Origin: Ginkgo biloba | Taxonomy: Eukaryota; Plantae; Ginkgophyta | Length of the DNA stretch: 18,662 nt | Assembly: GCA_024626585.2 (NCBI GenBank) | Contig: JANKJI020000002.1 | Coordinates: 119,457,646-119,476,307, forward strand | Reading direction: 5' to 3' | In this document: in pieces, positions 10,274 through 18,662 of the stretch | Layout: each line of letters begins with the position of its first letter | Position numbering within the stretch: position 1 is the first letter of the stretch | The notes under the pieces: model-generated | What the model was told of the DNA's origin: nothing | The model's database searches: none | The model's input: only the letters and a program-made list of their open reading frames with translations | Made by a program: the position numbers and the translations under genes

Positions 10274-10752
10274 TATTCGCATTCCAAAAAATCTCCATAT
10301 CATTTAATGACATTACATGTGACGACTAATATGACCATGTGACCACTAGTTAACATTAACTTATCTAACACCCCCCCTTAACGACAACCATGAGTCCTGC
10401 CAACCATTGTGGGTCTCATAAATAATAAGATACCCATTTACAACATTCACCATAACTGTCTAGGTAGATACTTGAATCTAGTCACCAACCTGTCAATAAC
10501 CTACTAATGGTTAACCTGTCCTTATAATTCAACAAACCATTATGTATCGTATTAACAAATGCATATCATTAAACCAATAACCTTCCAATGAAATCAACTT
10601 GCAAAACCTTTGTGAAAATCCCTACCTAGTGACTACAACCACCTCCATTAGTGCGTCTATATCCTAAAACAAATATCCCTATAAACTAACTTCTGTAGTA
10701 ACACTACCCTTTATGGCAACTTGTCTTTTACGGACAACATAATGCTTAACAC

Positions 10753-12894
10753 TGATGTAATAGCAGTCGACAATAACCTCATGCCTGCGTTGGTCATTGA
10801 TGCCCACTCTACAAACCTTGTTTACAATTTTTTAAAATTATCTCTTAGGCCTATCGGACATTGGTCAACACTAAAATGACGTCGACGATAGATTGCTTCA
10901 TCGACATTGGCGGTGATAGAGCTTCATTGGTCATCGGGCTATTCAATGACTCCCCACCGACGATGTCAGTGAACTTTAAAGAATCAACTAATATCGCTAC
11001 TCGCTCTATCTTTTAGGATCTCTGCAGATAGCTCTTGTCAATGACGTCGATGCACTCCCAATGAAGATTTGTCGGTCTATCACGTTGGCGACCACTTCAC
11101 TGATAACCCACAGAAATTTACACACAATAATAAAATGCTTAATTTATTAATTTTCAACAATATGAAATAAATGACCCAACCATCGGAATGACACACAATA
11201 TTTTAACTGGAGAAACCCTCTCAAGGAATAAAACTCTAGATTCATTAGTAGATAATAGTTTTTCACATTACATAAGCCTCCATGGCTCTTCCTCACTATC
11301 GGAGGGCCAATACATGGGAATACAAGCAAATGCAAACTAGGTCTACTACCCACTAGACCTTGAGCTATCTTAATCAATGTGTCAACTCAACTCTCCTTAA
11401 ATTTTATCTCTGACAAATTCCTCAATACCTCAATATCACATTCTAGGATAGAATTCCACATCGTCCCTCTTAAGCTGCCTCCCTCGATGGTCTGCCCAAT
11501 CATTCAGCCTTAGATAGCTTCCATAGTGCTCATCGACTCACTCCTCAATCCCCATAAGTATGCAAACACTCCCCCACACTCTACAAATCACTTTTACTTG
11601 AAATTTTTCCACTGTGTGGCACATATGTTGGCTTGGGCACCCAGTTCACCTTGCACACTAGGTCAAGAGTCAAATCCACTCAGCTCCAACTCTAGTTTCA
11701 TCGTTGATATGCTCCTACAACCTTTTCCACGGCCTAATGGCTCTCTGCACGATTCAACAATTCAAACTCTTTGGCAAATTTGATCTAGGGTTCAAATCTA
11801 CCACCCACACTTTGATTCAACCTAGGGCCAAATGCTCCTAGCACCTGCTCCATGGATCTATGACTCTAATTCTTCAAACCCTTCAACATCGCTTCTCTTG
11901 CAAACCACTAAGCACTCAAATAAGTCTTCAACTAGCCAATCACCCTATAAACACTCTAACTAGCCAACAAGTCTTCGACAAGCCAACCCCTGATTCAATT
12001 AGCTAACCCATTCCTCTTTTATGCCTTGGATTTTATGCATGAGCTTCAATGACTTCAAATGGCTAGGGTTCAACATTCCTTTGGCTCCAATAGTTGAATT
12101 AGGTGATAAATCAATGCTACAACATCTCTTTGTCATAAATACCACAACAATCTTCTAGGGATTTTCCATACTCTTCTTCATCTTCCTCAGTTGCCTGGTA
12201 GTTTCCATCATAAATTCACCTTCTAGTTCATGCAGTTGAATGTTAGGTTACTTAGATTAATAAGCCAATTCTACTTTAAATCAACTAAGGGCATCTCCCC
12301 AACGTCGACCTCTGACTTCATCTATTCGACATAAATTCCTTTTTATCTAATAAAATAATTTTCCCTTATGTTTAATATTTGAGAACCTTAAGTTCCATAT
12401 TCACATTCATGTCAGTCACTACATGTCTGACTCATGTCGATGAGCCCCCTTTATAATCTTTTGATGCATGTCAGTCCTCGACCTTTTTGGTCGTTGTCGA
12501 TTCTACTTGACGTATATCGACCATTGCTAAGTCTTCGTTGATGGTGTTTGTTGGCACTTAATCTCTGTCGATACATGTCAGTGTGCCATATGCCTCGTTG
12601 ATAATGTCATCCATTTTTAATAACCTATCGATAATATCGGCCCATAATGTGCCTCACTGATGATGTTGATGTTCTTCATTGTTGCTTCGTCAATGATGTC
12701 AACTTTCACTGTGCCTTCACCGATGACATCAGTTTACAAAAGCAATTCCACCAACGTAACATTCTCATAAAAGGATTTCAATCTTCCAAAAACATATAAA
12801 TATGAATATATATTCTCCATATGCATATGCTCTGACGCCCGTTGGTCAAAATTATACACTCCTATCGAGGTGCACCCAATATGCTCCTATATCA
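10753..12894 (-). repeat. 3' LTR (2142 bp) of the gypsy-derived element
   Basis: On the + strand it starts TGATG at 10753 and ends ATGCTCCTATATCA at 12894. It is collinear with 15021-17139, sharing blocks such as GGCCTATCG, GTCAACACTAAA, TTCAATGACTC, TAGGGTTCAACATTC, TTCTCATAAAA and ATCTTCCAAAA. Confidence 0.88.
12530..12732. repeat. Degenerate ~30-bp-period subrepeat array inside the 3' LTR
   Basis: A YCTYRYYGAYRAYRTYR-like motif recurs near 12531, 12563, 12592, 12623, 12651, 12684 and 12714. The counterpart array is at ~16690-16990. Confidence 0.6.
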
Positions 12895-12907
12895 TCCTCC
12901 CTTTCTT
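12895..12907 (-). other. Polypurine tract
   Basis: The minus strand AAGAAAGGGAGGA is immediately followed by TGAT, the start of the 3' LTR. Confidence 0.85.
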
Positions 12908-14913
12908 ACAAAAAGAATGAGCTCCTACTCATGGACCACCTCTTCTCTTCTGCTCCATATCTCATTTGATGTCTCCTCTCATGGCCCTTGGTGTCATAAC
13001 CATATGCCTTTGCTAACATGGCCTCTATTTTCTTGCTTTTATGGGCTTTTACTCTCCATTGAATCTTCACTGCAACTGGCTCTTTCTTAGGCTTCTCAGG
13101 AATCTTTTCCCCTGTCATCAAGACATAACATGCACCCATTAGGCACACACTCCTTATAAGTTGCTTCCTTGCCAATGCTAACTATGGTTCTCCTTCTTCA
13201 TATGCCATCAACAATATGAAATGTCTTCCATCTTTGTCAATAAGGTAAGTGTTATAGAATCCATTATGTATGGCATTTCAGTCATATTGCCAAGGTCTCC
13301 CCAATAAGATATGGCAGGCATCCATGGGAACCACATCACACCGCACTTAGATGGATAGTCATTGAGCATTTTGGATAATCTTTAATGGTGATGTCACTAC
13401 CCTTAAACTAAGAAATTATATAAGGGGATTCATGTCGATGTCGGTGCAAACCCAATTTATTGACCAACTCCTCTGACACTATATTTTCATAACTTCCACC
13501 ATCAATAATCACATCACAAGCTATGTTATCCAACATACACTTCATTTTAAAAATATGCTTCCTCGGGCCCATGTCAGTTTTCTTATCCTTGCTGTGAAAA
13601 TAACCTTTTCCTTTACTAGTTGGCAGCTGCCAATCATCTTCCTCATCGATNNNNNNNNNNNNNNNNNNNNNNNNNNNNNNNNNNTTTTCATGTCAGTGCT
13701 CTTCATGTCTAATGTCGATGATCAATTTCTCATCTGACGATAATAATACTCTCCTTGCCAAAATCCCTCTTGATATGTCAACCTCCATGGGCTCTGGCTC
13801 TACTGCATGTCAGGCTAAGTTCATATTAACTTCTATAGTATGCAACCTATCATCATTCCTCCTTGTATACTCAAATGACATATGGCCTTCCTCGTCACAT
13901 CTATAACATTTCGTTAATCATCTACGCTTAAATGATGCTCTATCTGACCTCCTTCCACGGTGACAAATAAAACCTCCCTGACGTCTAGTTTGATAAGCAT
14001 TAAACTCTTCATATAATCGAAATGCTCTATCAAATCTAAAATTTTGAGAGTTCTCATGTCACCCACTATTCTCACCCTTCCACAGTTGGTTATCTCTTTT
14101 CTATTACTAAGAGGATATCGTTGCACTACCGATATAAGGTCTATACCTTGCGTGTCTGGCCAACTTCTCTTCTGCCTTAAGTGCAAGCTGGTATGCTTCA
14201 TCAACAATCATTGCATATTGCATTGTGAGCTCATCCTGAATGACATAGTTTAGGCCATCAATGTACCTTGCTGCAAGCTACTCTTCACTCTTCTCATAAC
14301 CACCATGGATGCATAATCTAAAACATTCATGTATGTACTCAGGTACACTTCTTTCCCTCTGGCATAAGTTCTAAAATTCTTTGAATAACCATTATCCATA
14401 ATTCGAAGGTAGGAATTTACCTTTTAGCTTCTCTACCATCCTACACCATGTTTTAATTTTATCTTTTCCCCTCTAAATTCTATTCCTCTAGAGATGCTCC
14501 CACAAAATGGAAGCATGTCCTTTCAACTTGGTGCATGCAAATTCCACCTTATGGGGGTCCTTAAGCTTCTCCCATTCAAAGTAATTCTCCACATCTCTAA
14601 TCCAATCCAATAGATCCCCAGGCTTTAAGCTCCTACAAAAATATGGCACTTCCACCTTTTCTCCTCCATGATTACCCTTCAATAATCTAGCCAATATGGT
14701 TGCTTCACCATGCTCAGGCTGTGCTAGTTCTTCACTTTCTGATTCAGGCTCCATATCATGGTCCATAGGTGGTGTAGGTCTTTGCCTCTGGAAGGCATCC
14801 TCAATGTCATTGACCTTGTTTCCCATTTCTTCTACTCTTCCACCTATGTCTTCAACTCTTTTCGCCAATGCCTCCATCATCTACATGAGGGCTTCATCTC
14901 TTCTTAGTGGCAT
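12906..14913 (-). pseudogene. Degenerate gag-zinc knuckle-aspartic protease polyprotein of the LTR element
   Basis: Hand translation from ATG 14913 (MPLRR) gives Retrotrans_gag-like segments LLDWIRDVENYF, KLKGHASILW, KIKTW..M..KLKGKFLP, ARYIDGL and EAYQLALKAEEKL. The knuckle CYRCDEEGHMSFEY is at 13908-13867 (last C>Y). Protease motifs are VIIDGGSYENIVS (D at 13503-13501) and CDVVPMDACHILLGRPWQYD (to 13281). I count ~17 in-frame stops and one visible frameshift near 13345. Confidence 0.88.
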
Positions 14914-15006
14914 TCTAATTTCTATTCTACCCCTAATATTAGTTGATATGCTTATCTTCACAACATAACCTTATGCTATGATTCTTTCCCACTGAGTTAT
15001 TCCTTA

Positions 15007-15018
15007 GCTCTAATACCA
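15007..15018 (-). other. Primer binding site (tRNA-iMet type)
   Basis: The minus strand reads ...CATCA-GG-TGGTATTAGAGC, an 11/12 match to canonical TGGTATCAGAGC (one C>T), 2 nt inside the 5' LTR end. Confidence 0.85.
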
Positions 15019-15020
15019 CC

Positions 15021-17139
15021 TGATGCGACAACGATCGATGAAAGCCTTGGTCCTATGTCAATCAATGACGCCTCTTTGCAAACCCTATTTAAATATTTCA
15101 AAAATTAACTCTTGGGCCTATCGAATGTCAGTCAACACTAAATCGACATGGACGACAGTTTACTTCATCGATGCCAATGATGGTAGAGCACCATCGATCA
15201 TTAGGCTGTTCAATGACTCTCCACTAATAATGTTAATAACTTCAAAGCATCAATTGACATTGCCGTCCGGTCTACCTTTCAGGATCTCCACTGACAAATA
15301 TCATCGACAACGCCAATGCACTCCCAACGTAGAGTCATCGATATGTCACGTCGATGACCACTTCATTGATAANNNNNNNNNNNNNNNNNNNNNNNNNNNN
15401 NNNNNNNNNNNNNNNNNNNNNNNNNNNNNNNNNNNNNNNNNNNNNNNNNNNNNNNNNNNNNNNNNNNNNNNNNNNNNNNNNNNNNNNNNNNNNNNNNNNN
15501 NNNNNNNNNNNNNNNNNNNNNNNNNNNNNNNNNNNNNNNNNNNNNNNNNNNNNNNNNNNNNNNNNNNNNNNNNNNNNNNNNNNNNNNNNNNNNNNNNNNN
15601 NNNNNNNNNNNNNNNNNNNNNNNNNNNNNNNNNNNNNNNNNNNNNNNNNNNNNNNNNNNNNNNNNNNNNNNNNNNNNNNNNNNNNNNNNNNNNNNNNNNN
15701 NNNNNNNNNNNNNNNNNNNNNNNNNNNNNNNNNNNNNNNNNNNNNNNNNNNNNNNNNNNNNNNNNNNNNNNNNNNNNNNNNNNNNNNNNNNNNNNNNNNN
15801 NNNNNNNNNNNNNNNNNNNNNNNNNNNNNNNNNNNNNNNNNNNNNNNNNNNNNNNNNNNNNNNNNNNNNNNNNNNNNNNNNNNNNNNNNNNNNNNNNNNN
15901 NNNNNNNNNNNNNNNNNNNNNNNNNNNNNNNNNNNNNNNNNNNNNNNNNNNNNNNNNNNNNNNNNNNNNNNNNNNNNNNNNNNNNNNNNNNNNNNNNNNN
16001 NNNNNNNNNNNNNNNNNNNNNNNNNNNNNNNNNNNNNNNNNNNNNNNNNNNNNNNNNNNNNNNNNNNNNNNNNNNNNNNNNNNNNNNNNNNNNNNNNNNN
16101 NNNNNNNNNNNNNNNNNNNNNNNNNNNNNNNNNNNNNNNNNNNNNNNNNNNNNNNNNNNNNNNNNNNNNNNNNNNNNNNNNNNNNNNNNNNNNNNNNNNN
16201 NNNNNNNNNNNNNNNNNNNNNNNNNNNNNNNNNNNNNNNNNNNNNNNNNNNNNNNNNNNNNNNNNNNNNNNNNNNNNNNNNNNNNATAATATTTAAGAGC
16301 TCAAATGGATAGGGTTCAACATTCACCTACGGATCTAATGGCTAAATTAGGTGAGTAATCAAAGACTCCAACAACCATTTACCATAAATGCCTTGAAATA
16401 ACTCTCCTAGGGCTTCACCATCCTCTTCTTCATCTTCCTAAACTGCCTAGTAGTTACAAAATTAAATGCATCCAAGTACTAGTAATGGTCTCCTTAGGGT
16501 TTTCCCTAGGTGCACGCATTTAAATAAGTAAACCATCTTCATTTTAATCACCCTTTGGACTCTTCCTACCATCAATCCCCAATATATCTATTTGGCATAG
16601 CTTCATCATGTAATAACACTAATTGAGCTTTTATTTTAATTTAAAAACCTTGAGTTCCATAGGTCATATTGGTGTTACTCACTTTACCCCCAATGATGTT
16701 GATCCTCCTCAATGCATGTTGATGCCCCCTTATCCTGCCTCCGACCATGTCGATCCTCAATCTTGCTTGTCGATGTCAGTTTCACTTTCCCTTTCATCTG
16801 ATGATGTTGGTTCTTCCCGACACATGTTGATCAACATTGTATCTTCGATGATGGTGTTGGCCAACATTCTTCCTTACCAACATCTCTCTTCATCAACAAT
16901 TTTGATCCCTTTTGCGCCAATGATGTCGATTATCTCAGATCACCTTGCCAACGATGTTGGTCTCTAATGCCACTTCACTAACGACATCAATTCTCAAAAC
17001 ATGCCCACCAATGTAGCTTCTCATAAAATTATTATTGATCTTCCAAAATAATATAAATTTGCTTTTTAAATACCACTCCGTAATCCATCAACCAAAACTA
17101 TGCATATCGTCGTAGTGTAGTTGGGATGCTCCCACATCA
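15021..17139 (-). repeat. 5' LTR (~2.1 kb, includes a 913-N gap) of the gypsy-derived element
   Basis: On the + strand it starts TGATG at 15021 and ends ATGCTCCCACATCA at 17139, giving a perfect 5-bp terminal inverted repeat TGATG/CATCA. Its offset to the other LTR stays at ~4245-4270 on both sides of the gap. Confidence 0.88.
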
Positions 17140-18662
17140 AACACGAGCCAACAATAAAATTGAACCCACCAAACTTTGTCACAGTCTGCAACACACTTAG
17201 CCTTCTCAATTTTTTAACAAACCATTAATTACACGGGATTGTTCCCCCTCCCACTCATTAAGGCCCCCGCCAACTTACCCACCATGATGTTAGTGTTAAT
17301 AATATCATACAAGGCTAAAAAACTCACCTTTTGANNNNNNNNNNNNNNNNNNNNNNNNNNNNNNNNNNNNNNNNNNNNNNNNNNNNNNNNNNNNNNNNNN
17401 NNNNNNNNNNNNNNNNNNNNNNNNNNNNNNNNNNTCCCATGACATCCTGAATTCACTAACAAGCCTTATCTTTATAATATTGAGGATTCAATACATTTTA
17501 AAATTAGATTGAAGTCTAATGCATATTGTATTCAAATAGGACATGACTACTCAATGATCAAACAATAATAACTTCAAAAATTGTGTAAAGATGATAAAGA
17601 TTGTTTCACTTGGTCAAATGAAGAATTGATGGGATTTGACCTCATGTGGAATCTCACTATATATTCATTACATCATAATCTAAGTCCCTCATATAATGTT
17701 AAAGGATAATAAATCTAACAACCATCGATGCCATTAAGATCAAAGTTTAAAAAATTCTAGAAGTTAAGATTATCCTTTTAGTCAACTACCCTACTTGATT
17801 TTCTATGTCACTGTTCATAAGAATAATAATAAAAAAATTATATGTATAGTTTACTTCAAGAATCAAAATAGGGATACATTGTTTATCATTCTATTATGAG
17901 TTACAACATGCTCCTTCAACTTCAACTACTCCAAACTCAAATTCATAAAAATAACCATACCTAAAAGATAACAAATGCTCTTAGATAAAGTATAGTACTT
18001 AAAGCCCATGTATTTCTTAAGATGGCCTTATCAAAAGCGCCTTCTAATATCATGCATAATAAAAGATATGAATAATAGTTAATCACCTTATATGAAGTGG
18101 TGGATTATATATTACCTCCATTATATTTTCCTTATAATGATATTCAAAGTCACTTTAAATCCCATCCATCCTCACTAACCTAATAGAATTAAAAAGGTGA
18201 CACTCCTCATGTAGAATCCATTCTTAATCTTGCTCTCAATTAAATTCTTTAGAGAAGTGTCCTAATTTAATCCACAAAATTAATTTCCTAATAATTATAT
18301 CTTCCAATTCATAATTCTTAACTTCTATATTTAAATGGAAGGATTTCATTTGAACCCTCTAAATATCATATAGTAGCCTTGAAGACACCCATCACCTCAC
18401 TTGAGATAGTATGTCATTTGGAGGCTAAATGAATAAATCTTCCCAGGAGTTGTTTACAATAAAAATAAATATATTTTGAAGATAATTGTTAATTTGGATC
18501 CTAATTATTTTAATATGAAATATTTCAAAAATATCCTACTAGTAATACCTAATTTTCCCATAAAATGATCAATAGTGATTGATTTGAACCTATCCTTAGT
18601 CATTCAACTTCCTATTTAGAAAAAGTAATATTTATGAGCTATCCTCTAATGAATGTGATTTT

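Larger units (their letters stand above)
9868..10381 (-). mobile_element. Copia-type 3' LTR remnant with PPT
   Basis: The minus strand reads TTAAGGGGGGG-TGTTAGATAAG (PPT 10381-10371, LTR TG at 10370), a typical Copia PPT/LTR junction. The left boundary is tentative (TGTTG at 9868). No partner LTR or coding domain was identified. Confidence 0.5.
10753..17139 (-). mobile_element. Non-autonomous Ty3/gypsy-derived LTR retrotransposon (TR-GAG-like, gag-protease only), 6387 bp, decayed
   Basis: Two homologous ~2.1-kb direct repeats with TGATG...(T/C)ATCA ends; identical 5-bp TSD AACAC at 10748-10752 and 17140-17144; PBS next to one LTR and PPT next to the other; internal gag, CCHC knuckle and aspartic protease remnants. 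Confidence 0.9.

Noticed and set aside
12530-12732. CRISPR-like reading of the periodic repeats (also 10176-10273)
   Set aside because: Eukaryotic context, degenerate units, no unique spacers and no cas genes.
13555-14968. Plus-strand ORFs and the minus ORF 13914-14207 inside the retroelement
   Set aside because: These are antisense or off-frame shadows; the gag homology lies in the frame of 14913/14880.
16623-16967. 114-aa ORF in the 5' LTR (and 11526-11783, 11147-11377 in the 3' LTR)
   Set aside because: Low-complexity translation of LTR subrepeats, with no equivalent ORF in the partner LTR where it can be compared.
17462-18662. AT-rich tail of the window with scattered GATTTGA(A/C)C motifs
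   Set aside because: No ORF, termini or periodicity I can support.

Overview
Eukaryotic plant genomic DNA from a gappy draft assembly (10 N-runs). The very old, AT-decayed LTR elements suggest a large-genome plant such as a gymnosperm, but that is inference. The single intact host gene is a 7-exon GABA transporter GAT1-like member of the AAAP/Aa_trans family (+ strand, ATG 5522 to TGA 8790, 1377 bp spliced CDS = 458 aa, all introns GT-AG). About 2 kb downstream is a structurally complete but decayed 6.4-kb Ty3/gypsy-derived LTR element on the - strand (10753-17139). It has ~2.1-kb LTRs, a perfect AACAC target-site duplication, a tRNA-iMet PBS and a PPT. Its 2.1-kb interior encodes only gag, a zinc knuckle and a protease, with no RT, RNase H or integrase, so it looks like a TR-GAG-like non-autonomous element with CRM-type motifs. 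It appears to be nested in an older Copia-type remnant. Other features are low-confidence TE fragments: a candidate tRNA-derived SINE in intron 5, a PPT+LTR or TRIM candidate upstream, and a possible DNA-transposon end. The long X-filled ORFs are gap artefacts. I see no strong evidence of a wholly new biological system; the non-autonomous retroelement is the most notable item.
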